This document shows positions 14,850 to 27,666 of a stretch of 64,000 nt of DNA, piece by piece. Made by a program: the position numbers and the translations under genes. The notes beneath the pieces were generated by a model. The model was not told the DNA's origin. It searched no databases and was given only the letters and a program-made list of their open reading frames with translations. The stretch covers positions 8,804,001 through 8,868,000 of the forward strand of contig OZ176056.1 in assembly GCA_964247055.1 (NCBI GenBank), in the 5' to 3' direction. Within the stretch, counting starts at the first letter, position 1. Every line of letters starts with the position of its first letter. Origin of the DNA: Paragordius varius. Lineage: Eukaryota; Animalia; Nematomorpha.

Positions 14850-15189
14850 TAATATTAGTTGGGTATAATTTATTATAACACAATAATGGGAAAACACAGT
14901 AATGCAATGGACTTAAAGAAGTTGTTGTTTATATAGGTTTTATTTAATTCCGAGAAATGTATACGGATCTTATTATATATTTTTATCGTTCATTAACATA
15001 TACAAATTTCTGAGAATGATGAGTGTGCATTTATAAAACAGTCACGTAGTCTAAAACTTGTCACGTAGTATATAACATGTCACGTAAAATATTAATAACA
15101 GAAAAGTATTATAAGTATGCATTGAATAGCAACGTAATATATAAAATAGAGTTATGTTTTGTTGCATATTATATAACATCTGATCATAT

Positions 15190-15204
15190 CTCCCACCTTT
15201 AATA
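15190..15204 (-). promoter_or_regulatory. Polypurine tract of Gypsy copy 2
   Basis: ATTAAAGGTGGGAGA on the minus strand immediately before the 3' LTR. Confidence 0.8.
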
Positions 15205-17392
15205 AGAAAGACGATCCGGAGCTTTTCGTTCCCGGCGAGGATAACGGCTTTGTACTTCTATCAAGTTACACTCCGACTCCACAGCTTCCGTAACTGGGAT
15301 CTCTGGTACAATGTCAAGGGCGGGTTGTGACATAACAGACTTCTGTAGCTGATCGGCGTGTTTTCGCTGAATTTTGCTACCGTCATCAGTCTTGTAAGAT
15401 AATAATCCTGTTCTTTCAATTACTTTTCCTTTCCGCCACCCCTCTGCTGTTTCATTTTTAATCAGAATAGCATCATCAACGTCAAAGCTCTAGTATTATC
15501 CGTAAAATCCGATGGTTTTGTCTTTAACCATGACAAGGTACTAACAATTCTCTTTTTAGGAATAATGAGCACGGTGTTGCTCTCGTTGCACTATGAATTG
15601 CTTGCCGATAGCTCCACAAAATGGTATTCATTGCTTCTTGCGGAGAGATGTCAGCCCTCTTTGTAGCTTTATATTTAGTTTTCAATGTGTAAATAGATCT
15701 TTCTACCAACCCATTCGTTCGTGGGTGATAAGGACTCGACGTAACATGTTTAATGTTTAAGTGTTTAAGCCTTTCATCAAAATCGTGCGATACAAAATAC
15801 GATGCATTATCACTTACTATCATTTTAGGAAAACCATATCTCGCAAACAATTGTTCTAAGCAATTTAAAACAGACTTGCTCGTAACTTGTTTCAATAAAT
15901 TAACTTCCAGCCATCTGGACGAGCTGTCAATTGTTACCAGCCAGTAGAAATTATCAATGGGACCAGCAATATCTATGTGTATTCTTTCCCAGACGGCGGT
16001 GTTGAAATTCCATTTTGTTGGATTTTCCTGGACATTGGGCTTGTATCTTTGACATGAGTCACATGTCTTCGCAAGCAATTCAATACTTTGGTCCAAGCCT
16101 GGCCAATATACACTGTGGCGCGCAAGGGATTTCATGGTACTTATCCCTGGGTGTCCAGTGTGAAAGTAGTTTAGGACTTCATTTTGCATGGATCTAGGAA
16201 CAATGAGTCTATCCTCCAAATAAACTAAACCATACGATGCTTGGATAGCGTTGCGATGTGATTGATAATTTTTTAGATCTGGATCATCCCAATTGTTGGA
16301 ATTCAATGCAATTTTTAATTTTTTTTATCACCGGGTCCTTATTGGACTGAACTAATACATTTTTTTTATTAATGTTCAAATCGTTCATAGATAAGAACCG
16401 AATGCTACAGCATGATCATCATCCATTTCAGGATCGTCAATTGCTAATCTTGATAGGGGATCAGCTAAATTTTGAACCCCTTTATTGAAATGAATGGTAT
16501 AATCATACCCCGATATTTTATAAATCCAACGTAATAATTTTATATTAGTGACTCCGGTTAAGTTCCCGTCTTCCCCAAATAATTTAATCAGTGGTTTATG
16601 ATCAGTCAATATTTTAAAAGATCTCCCATATATGAAAGGGTGAAATTTGTTAACCGCGAACAAAATCGCCTTGGCCTCTCTTTCGATCGTCGAATAATGT
16701 TTTTCAGAATTTAAACATTTCCTGGATGCGAAAGAGATTGGCCGCTTGCCATCTTCGGTTACATGGAAAAGGATGGCACCCAAACCTTCGTTTGAAGCAT
16801 CGGTCTCAATCAATAATGGCAATTGCGGATTGTACGGAATCAGTTCCACAAAATTTGCTATTAGTTGTTTTGACAGTGCAAATTGTTTATCATGAATATT
16901 CTCCCATTTCCATGGCATTTTGTTTCCAGTTAAAGTGTGCAGATCACTTATGACTGAATGTAATCTTGGAATAAATTTTTCATGAAAGTTTAATAGTCCT
17001 AAAAAGGACCGTAATGTTGTTTTGTCCTTTGGAACAGGACATTTCAAAATAGCCTTGATTTTTTCATTCGTTGGCTTAATACCTCTTTTAGATATTTCGT
17101 ATCCCATGTAGGATACTTTTTCCTGGAAGAATTTCATTTTATCTGGTTGCAAACGGAATCCGGCCTGTTCAAGTTTCTCCAACACATGCTCAAGATTTGC
17201 TTTGTGTTGAGTGTCTGTATTGCCGGTTACCAGAACATCATCCAGATAAGCACAAACGCCTGTGCAATCATCCAGAATTTGATCCATAACTCGTTGAAAT
17301 ATTATTGGAGCATTTGTGAGCCCGAAAGGTAATCGTTTATACGTAAAGTAACCTCTGTGTGTTGTAATTGTCAGAATATTAGAGCATTCCTT

Positions 17393-18495
17393 CACTGCTC
17401 AACAAGGTTTTGCACCACCCCATAATTTTTGCATTTTCTGATACCTAATGGCATGGAAAGGCCAAGACAAAAAAGAAAATTGAGGCCACCAATAGGATTT
17501 TTCCGAAATTTAATTTTTTTGTATTTAATTTAAAAATAACAATCATTCCTCGTGTACATATGTTTAAATATTCAAAGGAACAAGTCGATAAAAGTAATGT
17601 TCCATGCATGAATAACAAAATTCTAGGCTTTAAATAAGATACTAAACAAGCTAAGAGCCAAAGTATTAAAAATCTAAAAGGGGCTTATGTATAGTGTGAT
17701 AGATCGGGGCGGCTGCACAAGCTCTGCATATCCCCCAAACGATCTAATTATGCCAGATATGGCAAAGATAACAATAAGTAATCGTAAAGCCCGATAAGAG
17801 AGACTTGCAAGCAAAATCCAGGCAAATTAACATGTCAAATTAACCAATTCACAGAATAAAGTTAGTTAGATAAATTCTCAATTAAATTGAATAAAAAGAT
17901 TAGGTAAATACAAATGGTCTAATCCCATAATAGTAAATTCTACTAAAAGTGGCTACACAACATCCATCTGAAATTAAAAATACAAAGCAACCAATAATTT
18001 TAAAAAAGTATATCCACTAGGTATAAATAAAATTTTTTTTGTAAGAACCAACTCAAAAGAAAAAGCCTAAAAAATACTCGAAAGAACAAAAACTAACAAA
18101 AAAAATATAGCCTATCTGAAAGCCGAAGGTTTAAACCATAGAATGACTTTTTTAGTATTTTTTTAAAAATTGTTTATACGTATTAAAAATTCACTTGAAA
18201 GAAAAAGACTAAATTTTGACGTTTAAGTCCGTACTATTTTTTTCTCTCTGATATTTAAATGACATATTTATATTCTAAAGATAGAGTTTAAAACGCTTTA
18301 ATAAATGATATTAATAATATAATAACATTTTATTATAAAGTTATATTTAATTTTCTCTCGATTTTCTCTTGTTTTTGAAAAATTGAAAAACCTATAATAT
18401 TTGAAAATTCTGATTGGCGGGATCAAAAATTTTTTCACATTCGGTTTTAAAACACTGAAATTAGTCATAATTTAAAAGTTTGAGTGGTGGTGCTC
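17393..18495. mobile_element. About 1.1 kb insertion of unknown type interrupting the Gypsy RT domain
   Basis: RT reads ...LPVDNTSRQI up to about 18507 and resumes ILTITTHRG at about 17380. Short inverted motif GCACCACC (17412) / GGTGGTGC (18486). No clean TSD found. Confidence 0.6.
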
Positions 18496-20154
18496 AAAAA
18501 TGTCTAAATTTGTCGACTAGTGTTATCAACCGGTAGTTGTAAGTAGGCATCCTTGAGATCCAAAACTGAAAATGAATGTCCATTTCCGATTTTACCCAAT
18601 AATTGATCAAATGTCGGAATGATATGAGAATTTTTTGATAGATAAGGATTGATTGTGACACGAAAATCGGCGCAGATACGAGCCTCCCCATTGGATTTTA
18701 ACACGTTGACCGTTGGGGTTGCCCAAGATATCTCAGTTGTTGTTGGGTCTATTGGTTCTATAATCCCCAAATCTAACAATCTATTCAATTCATTTTCTAC
18801 CAATGGTTGCAATGGTAGAGGAACTCTACGGCATGGAAAAGCTTTTGGTTTTGCATCCGGTGTCAAAAAATTTTGATCTGATTGCCGTTGTAACAACCAA
18901 GTTCCTTTGAGAATAGTTTTGGAAATATTTTGGTCAGCTCCATCTTCTCATTAGAATTTATATTATTGATTACACCCTTTGGAAAAGGTAGCTTGTACGC
19001 TTTTATCCAAGGTAATCCAAAAATTGGATCAAAATTGCTTTTAGTTACGATACATGGTAACGTTTTCTTTTCATTGTACAACGTCACAGTGACCATAGTT
19101 TTCCCTAAGATTGTTATCTTATTATTATCATACGTGGTTATTTGATCGGACCACGTTAACTTAGGGCTACCGATCTGCTTCCATATTTGTTGACTGACAG
19201 CAGTCAGCACCGGTATCGAAAATCATATCTATCATATTATTGTTGATCTTCACTTTCATTTTAGGGGTAGTGCCCGCTTTTATAGATCTAATTTGATCTA
19301 AATTTCTCACCAACTTTGTTTTGCACATTGAACTAAAGTGGTTATTTTTGTTGCAATTGTAGCATGTTTTGCCCCAAGCCGGCACTTGTTTCTCACATGC
19401 AGTGATCCACAATTTCGGCAATTTACTTTAGTATCATTATTATCCCGGACATCATTATTCTTATTGTTTTTATAATTATTATTGTTATAATGGCCCTTGT
19501 TAAAACTTCCATGAGGTTTTACATTTCTGGATCTATCCACTTTAAGCTTATTGATTTGCGAGGGAAGATTATCGGCTTCCTCAAAACTTAAAGCCATATC
19601 GACCAACATTTGTAGTGTCAGTGGTTTGTCATCTAACTTACCGAGCGGATATTTTATGGGGAGTTCTCTTTCTAATCTGGGTTGATTTAATCCAATCAAA
19701 AATATATCCCTGATTTTGTTAGAAATGTCCGAATCAAATCCAGAATTGTCGGCCAAAATTTTCAAACGTTCTAAATACGAAAGAATAGATTCATTATCAC
19801 CACGACGAATACGATAAAATGCACATCTATTCACCCATAGACTTTTGTCTGGGGCATAGATTTGAACTGCAATTTTATAGATTTCCGGCCATTCCAAATC
19901 TTCGATGGTATCAGGATATAGAATATTTTCAATTTTGTTCAAAATTTTAATACCACCGAAAGCTAAAAATAATTTTTTATATTGGAATCCGCGACAGGAA
20001 TATCCCTGGCCGCGAGTACCCTTGCTATGTGCTTGACATAATTTTTGAAATTGTAACATTCGTCAAATGGTTCAAGAATATTCGATTTAGAGGATTTTGT
20101 GCATTACTAAATGATGTATCTCCGGGATTTTCCATTAGGCAGAATAAATTTTTT

Positions 20155-20166
20155 TTCTCGTCGCCA
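20155..20166 (-). promoter_or_regulatory. Primer-binding site TGGCGACGAGAA (matches the 3' end of tRNA-Ser GCT as recalled)
   Basis: Located 2 nt inside the 5' LTR end. tRNA-Ser(GCT) 3' end ...CUCGUCGCCA is from memory, not looked up. Confidence 0.75.
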
Positions 20167-20879
20167 AATAATATCAGTTGGGTATAATTTATTATAACAC
20201 AATAATGGGAAAACACAGTAATGCAATGGACTTAAAGAAGTTGTTGTTTATATAGGTTATATTTAATTCCGAGAAATGTATACGGATCTTATTATATATT
20301 TTTATCGTGCATTAACATATACAAATTTCTGAGAATGATGAGTGTGCATTTATAAAACAGTCACGTAGTCTAAAACTTGTCACGTAGTATATAACATGTC
20401 ACGTAAAATATTAATAACAGAAAAGTAAGTATGCATTGAATAGCAACGTAATATATAAAATAGAGTTATGTTTTGTTGCATATTATATAACATCATATCA
20501 ATTAATAAATACCTTTCTATCTTATATTTTAGTTAATCTACCCAGAAATGATGGTGATTAAAATTTTCAGGATTATCTGCATTTAATTATTTTTTGACAT
20601 CTCATGATATTCTTCAATCTAAGATAAGATCATCATGAACGCACACCGCATCGTATATCAATATTAGAAACAAATTACCTGTATTAATATCAATAAGAAG
20701 AATGTTTATTTTAAACATAATATTATGAATATTTTGTATAATTATACATTTATCATTTATAATTTAAATAAATTTATTTATATTTGGCGATATAGATACT
20801 TTAAAAGATGTTTTATATATCCTGATCATTTTTTCAATCTTTGGTGACATAAGGTGTTAAATATACATCGTTGGATTTG

Positions 20880-21560
20880 GAAAAACCTAAGACCGTAACA
20901 TGCGTTTTTACCTGTATGCTCAGATATAACTATATTTGTATATTAGTTATCAATGTAAAAAAAAATAATTTTCCTAAAAATTTAAAAAACCGCAAATCAT
21001 AGTAATATTTACCTGTATATATCAATGTATAAAAAATATATAGTAATTAATAAATTAGCAAGGTAGAACAAAAAATCAAAAATTTTACTAATTTATTAAA
21101 AACCGCAATTTTCCCCTGTTTTTTAAATGTCCAAAATATTTAGTAATTAATAACAATGATACAAAATACAAAAAATGTTGAATTTGAACTTTATTAAAAA
21201 CTGCATTTTTACCTGTATTTATTATAATGTCCAAAATATGTAGTAATACAATTAACAATGCATAACCTAAAAAACAAAAAAAACTAAATTTTTACTAAAT
21301 TTGTTAAAAACCGTAATTTTTACCTGTATTTGTAAAAATGTCCAAAATATTTAGTAATTGATTACAAATAACAATGTTACATAAAAAAACAAAAATAAAT
21401 AAATTTGACTAAATTTAAAAACCGAATTTTTACCTGATTAAAATGTCTGAAATACTTAAAAATTATTAATAATTAAAAATGCAAAACATAAAAGACAAAA
21501 ATCTAAAAACTACTTAAATTGTCACAAATATATATTTACCTGTGTTTTTTTTTAGTAATA
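20880..21560. repeat. Degenerate tandem array, about 105-110 bp period, 6-7 copies
   Basis: Recurrent AAAACCG(C/T)A-TTTTACCTGTA...AATGTCCAAAATATTTAGTAAT at about 20893, 20990, 21100, 21197, 21308, 21418, 21535. Confidence 0.8.
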
Positions 21561-22666
21561 ACAACTATATAAAATTATAATACCAATATTGATGAATACA
21601 GGTATTTAGCATGTTGAAAAATATTTATTATTGATAGGAATAATTAACATAAAAAATCTTAAAATACGTATTTTACTATTTATTAATTTATCAAAGATAA
21701 AAACCCACAAAATTCCGTATCTAAATACGTAACAACAATATTACAAATGTTAACATAAATTGCTATAATATTCTCAAAATTTAACATTACAAAATATCCA
21801 TCAAATTAAAGCCTATGTTAATTCTCACGTCAATCCTCTTTCATATGTGTACTACGAAATAATTTCGTGGGTCAGTATTTTACGCATTGGATAAACCATT
21901 TATGTTATTGGACTGGCAATAAAATTACTGAACATACATTAAAATGCATACTGTAATCTTATTCTTATTTAGCAGGCAAGCTGTTTTTGATCGTTTTCGG
22001 AATTTTTTACTACTCTAAAAATTATTTTGAAATTAAATTGATCTGGCCAACAAATTAATAAAATATACATAACAGCTTTAGGGAGTATCAAAATATCTAA
22101 AATACTGAAGATGCGCTCAAAAGACAACACAAGAGGCGAAAAAAATAATGAATATATCTTTTTAATAACGTTTTACCAAGGGCAAATAAATAATAAGATT
22201 ATAATAATAATCAGTTTCGTAAAAACAGAAATACATATAGTGGAGTTTAGTGGGAAAATACCAGTTATTATCGAAATAAAACATTTTTCCAATTTTTAAC
22301 CTTAACGATCGTGAACAGATTGAATATAATTGTATATGGATACTCTATTTGACATAGTAACGTTATAAATTTTAATTAGAATTGATGATAAACACATTTT
22401 GCTGATTCATTATTCAATGAATATATAATTTATTACAAAAAAAATATGAAGAAAACGCATTTCGTATAAATATGTTATTACGTAATATATCCAAGAAAGT
22501 TGAGACAATAGACATTAAGCAAATTCTTGGGACATTTGAGTTTTAGGGCATTATAATGTAACATTTTTATAAAAGGCGTTTTATAGTTATCATGATAGAT
22601 ATATATTCTTCTTTGAGATAATATAAAGATATAAATTATTATTTTTTCATTGTAACAAAAAGAAAT

Positions 22667-25382
22667 ATGTTATATCAAAATTATTATACAGCTATACTTT
22701 TAATAATCTCAATTATAATTGTAAATTTATTCCTTGCTTGTGAATCATCGAAAAAATCGGGAGAATGCCCAACTTTACCCAGGAATGTTGATTGTACTTG
22801 TATTTTAAAATCGACGAACGATTACCTCGTTTATTGCCAAAGCGTATTTCACACGGAACACATTCACACGGTAATCAAGGCTTTTGATACACCTAAACAC
22901 CGAGATATACCCATTAAGTTTTGGATTCTAAATTCCAAGTTTGACAGCATTGACACCATCAAATTACCTGACACCAATGTTAAAATTGTGGGCTTGAAAT
23001 TTTTGTACACATCTATTCGACAAATATCTGAGACTGCGTTTGATTCTATAAGTGCTGATCTCCAAGAATTATTTGTTATGGATGATACTACGACCTCAGT
23101 AATGCACGCGGATAGCATAAAATTGATTTTAAAAGCCATGACTCAGCTCAAAAAACTTAAAAAAATTATCTTATACTTTCCAGATTTACTCCATTTTGAT
23201 ATCGGATATTTGAATAATTTCAGTGAATTGGAGAATTTGGAGCTTGAAATACCTCATGTAATGTATGTACATGGAGATCATCTCAATTTACCGAAATTAA
23301 AAAGGTTTATCTTTCAAAGTAAAGTATCCCATATTCCACCCCAAATCAGCAATCTCACTAGCATACAAATATTATCCATATATTCAAATCACCTCAACGA
23401 TATCAATGACGAAGCATTTACATTTTTGATTAATGTTAAGAAATTAGTCCTATCATCTGGTCTAGAGAAAGTCGCTATGAATTTTACATCCAATTTTAAG
23501 GATTTACAGATTTTAGACTTAACCAACAATCATTTAACCACTCTTCCATCGTTTTGCAACACAGCGGTAACAAAAAATAGGTATGATGTAAATATTTTAA
23601 ATATTGCCCTATTTTAAGTATAAAACCATACACAACAAGTTATTTGTAAACTTGTATTTATTTGATTTTCTGTTTGAATAATTTCGATTGGCCTAAGTGT
23701 TGCAATGACCATATTTGTGACTAATGACTGACCTAAACGCAATTTATTATTCTCTATAGTCAAATTCTAACCTTTATTTTGAAAAATTTAACGCTTGATC
23801 TTTTTCTTTGATTGTTTCCTAGGACTAGTGGACTCCAATGATTGAAATATTTTATATATTATAAACGTTATATAACTGTATTTAGACATTTGTCCAATTT
23901 ATCCGCAATCATTTTGTCTCAAAATTTATTGACTGATGATAGTCTGAAACCACAAGTTTTTGCAGCCTGTACCAATTTAACACATTTAATATTGGATGCA
24001 AATAAGATTGAATCACCTCCTAACGATTTTTTGATCGATTCACAATTTACTCTTACGAGCTTACGCATGTCCTATAACCATATTAAACGGGTTCCAGTCG
24101 GTTTACTAAGGAATCTCCCTAATTTAACAACTTTACATTTGGGATTTAACAATATTATTGAGGTGGCACCCCATGCATTCAGTCAAAATGCAAAATTACA
24201 AAATCTCAATTTGAATGGTAATAAAATTAAGAGATTTGAACTGCTTGATGATAAAATTCTTACCAAGATTAATACGATATGGTTAGGAAATAATCTTTTG
24301 ACGGAATTTCCCTTTGCATCCTTTCAAAATTATCAAACTCTCACCAGCCTACTATTAAACAAAAATAAAATTAAAAGTATCTACGGGCTTCTGGATTTGA
24401 TCAAAGTTAATCCGAAAAAACACATAAATTTAAATGGTAAGACTCTCTTTTATTGGGTCTATTATTACAGTAAAAATTTAAATTATGCAGACTAAACGCT
24501 AAAAGTGAACAACAAATTTTAATTGAAAGACAACCAATCAGAGTTTTTAAAACCATGATTTTTAATACTCATATAATTAATTTATATAATTAAGCGTATA
24601 TCAATTAATATCAACCCCCTTCGGCAACCCGAAACAATGTCCATTAAAAAATTTGAGGTTTGTTTTCTTTTTTCAAAAAATATTTGTCCTAGTCTGTATA
24701 TTAAAAATTTTTCTGTTTTTATCATATTAAAAACATTTTCTTAAGAAGTATAAATTAATTAATGCATATTAATTTTTTTATAGATAATCCCATTGTGTGT
24801 GATTGTGACACTTATAATTTGGCATATTGGTACAACATGGAATATAAATCAAACCAAGAACAGAAAACGGTGTATATGGAGTATAATACGGATTATTATT
24901 ATGATGTAAATGAGGTATCTAGTCTTGGAATCATGGGAACGTGTTCTAATCTCGATTACAATATAACACAAATATCGCTAACCGATGCTAGCTTGATTGA
25001 AAAACTTTCCCCTCTTTGTGAGGATTCGGAAAATAAACCACCAAACGTTATTATACGTGCTAAAACAACCGCTCGGCAAATAGATACGAGCACTTCCACT
25101 AAGTATATTTCGGATTTAACAACCTCATCTTCGATAATTTCCTCCCTGTTAAGCAATCGTAGTAGTACAACGACAAAATTGTTCAACAAGCAAACCCCCG
25201 ATCAACGTGAGCTGAATAATTATAAACAAAATACATACATTTTTGGTTCCCTATTTGTCCTGACGACTGTTTTAATGCTTGGCATATTAGTCATGCAACA
25301 ACGTTTTATTGGATTAATTCCAAACACATTGAAACAAAAAACGGTGGGATTATTTCAAGCGTATGTATCCCCTTTCCCTTAA
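22667..25382 (+). CDS. Type I transmembrane leucine-rich-repeat protein (signal peptide, LRRNT, LRRs, LRRCT, S/T stalk, TM, short tail; no TIR). Exons 22667-23580, 23886-24436, 24784-25382
   Basis: Phases match at both introns (AG|A gives Arg; G|AT gives NLN-DNPIVCDC). Hydrophobic N-terminus; CPx7CxC cap; LxxLxLxxN repeats; TM IFGSLFVLTTVLMLGILVM. A further 3' exon near 25423-25497 is possible. Confidence 0.9.
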
Positions 25383-26559
25383 CACGAAAAATAATCATCG
25401 TTATGCCAATAACATTTGGCAGAATGGCAAGGAAACATCTGATCGAATACATTTCAAAAATCATGAATTTGTTCCTCCTGCAACTTCTACCGCATAATAA
25501 ATTTATTAATATTAATTAATCGGAAGATTCCCCCCCCCTCATAAAATGTGATAGATAGATTTATATTGCTATCAATATATAGAAATTTGTTGTATATTAT
25601 ATTAAATTATTATCAATTAACATTTTTACGTGTGTTATTTATATGATATTATCAATTCTTTAGTTGGTTGTATTCCTGTATCATGGTTTAATAGTTGACT
25701 TTAAAAGTTTAATAATAATTTAAAAATTGGCCATTTTCAATTTTTTAAATTTTTAAGAATTGATCTCCTATATTATTCTGTTTTGAAATGAATCTGGAAG
25801 TCTATTGGTGGGTGCTTGGAGTTTGTTTAATTATTAGATTTTGGTGGCGGTAATCTTGCATCTTGAATTGGAACCAAATTTAAAATGTAATTATAAAAAT
25901 AATATTAATAATTATGGCTAATATAACAGTAACGTCTAAAAATTTGTGATACGTACGCTGCAGTGTCAGTAGCCCCCCTTTTTTGAACAAAAAAATCAAA
26001 ATGATGTGTTTTAAAAATCATCAAACATTTTCTTTTTGCATATAAATGACTCTCATAATGAATTCATTTATGTTGTTACATTTGCAAATGACCTTTTTAG
26101 CCCCAAAAAATGTAAATTTTTGGGATTTTTTAGATTTTAGCGTCCAAAATGTATCCCTTCAACTTTAGTTTAGGTACTCTATTGCTCTAAAGCAGGGCTG
26201 TTCAATGGTTCCGGAGCTACTTGTGGCTCTTTGAAAATTTTGAGTGGCTTAATAAAAAAAATTGAATAAAAATTTTACATAAAGTTTAATTTTTGAATGG
26301 CGATGTAAATTTTATTTTTTTGTAAAATTTTTAAATTGATTACCATAAAAAATTATAATAGAGTATTTATTATTTTTCATCAATTAATCAGTTATTTTCT
26401 TACAATCTGAAAATCTTCAAAATACTTGCCATGGTAAACTTTTTTTGGTAATCATTTAGTGAAGTGCCAAATTTCTGAAAATCAGAGTCTCATTTTTAAT
26501 ATAGCAATACTCACATTATTTGAGTTATAAATTACGCAATGTTATCATCAAAGCTGTTG

Positions 26560-27390
26560 TTCTTCAGAGTTGAAGGTAGCTGATTTGAGATAAGTTTTTA
26601 TTGCTGTTTTCCAATTGTTTCTATATTCCGCATCTTCTATTTTTAATTTGGTCTCAGTAAGATTATCATATATAGTACTGATCTAGCTTTTGAAGGGTCT
26701 GCCAGGCTTTGAGCTAGGTGTGGAGTAGGACATCATTATATGTATATAATTATCTGGTGGTCTACGATGGATGTGACCAGCCCATCTCAGTCTTTTAGCT
26801 CTTAGAAAGCGGTTAAGAGCAGTGATATTAAGGATTTTATAAGGGTCAAATTGATTATTAAAGTTAAAGAGATTAGGATTATGTACAAAAAGTATTGTAT
26901 TGAGTATTTTGGATTCTGATCTTTGGAATTTACCAAGGTTTGACTTTGTCATGGGCCAACATTCCGTGTCGTAGGTTAGTGCGGGACGGATAATGGTAGA
27001 ATATAGTTGCGATTTTGTTTCAAGTTTTATGTATTTATTATTTATTGTGTGTTTTAGTGCATGGTATTTTTTTCATGCTTCAGATGATCTGTCTTTGAGG
27101 CCATCACTGATACCTCCTTTTGCGGATATTTCGTCACCCAGATATTTAAAGTGAGTAACAGTTTCGTAATTGTAGGTATTAGGGATTGAATTTAAATTTT
27201 GTTCTGGTATGGGTAGGTTGTCGATGCAACTTAGGCAAGTAAAGGCATAAACCCTAAGTGATTTTAGGTTTGAGCATTTTTTATGTATCCAGAAATTACA
27301 TTTAGTACACAATATAGAATTTGCCTTTACAGCTAAGCTGCAAATTCTACATGGGTACTTAATGGGATTTATTATCGAAAATATTTGCAA
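26560..27390 (-). mobile_element. 5'-truncated RTE-X-like LINE (RT C-terminal region with PHD-like zinc finger)
   Basis: 27073-27390 has CRIC...NSILCTKCNFWIHKKC...CLSC followed by FKYLGD. Downstream: YSTIIRPALTYDTECW, RLRWAGHIHR, GRP, RNNWKT. Confidence 0.82.
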
Positions 27391-27666
27391 TTGGTAAATT
27401 TTTTAACTATTTATATAACCACATGGGTCTTTCTAAAAGAAATATGTTCAAATCTAGGTGAAACAAGCAGTGCGTTGTTAATATTCAGGAATGTAAGTGG
27501 GGTAAGGTTAAGTCGTTGTCTTATGTGAAAAAATTTGTCAATTTCTCGTGATATATTCTATATTTGTGCTTTCATCAATGGCATATTTATATACTTATAA
27601 TTAAATTTAATTTGTCCATGCATTTCATCAAATTTTTTGTTACACATACTATTACAATTTAACAGC

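Larger units (their letters stand above)
14850..20500 (-). mobile_element. Ty3/Gypsy (Mag-like) LTR retrotransposon copy 2, full length but disabled
   Basis: LTRs 14850-15191 and 20169-20500. gag 19307-20059 with CCHC knuckles; protease DTGAD at about 19210-19230; RT (LDLKDAY, YLDD); RNase H (ETDAS) in 16385-17395; integrase (HTGHPG, CDSC, WERIHID) in 15524-16306. Order PR-RT-RH-IN. Confidence 0.96.

Noticed and set aside
14848-15178. Alternative LTR boundaries TGTTA...TAACA
   Set aside because: The other two LTR copies, the PBS spacing and the AATGT TSD support boundaries at 14850 and about 15191.
169-19145. Plus-strand ORFs such as 169-384, 4500-4757, 5403-5603, 15753-17332, 18649-19145
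   Set aside because: Antisense shadows of Gypsy and RTE coding sequence.
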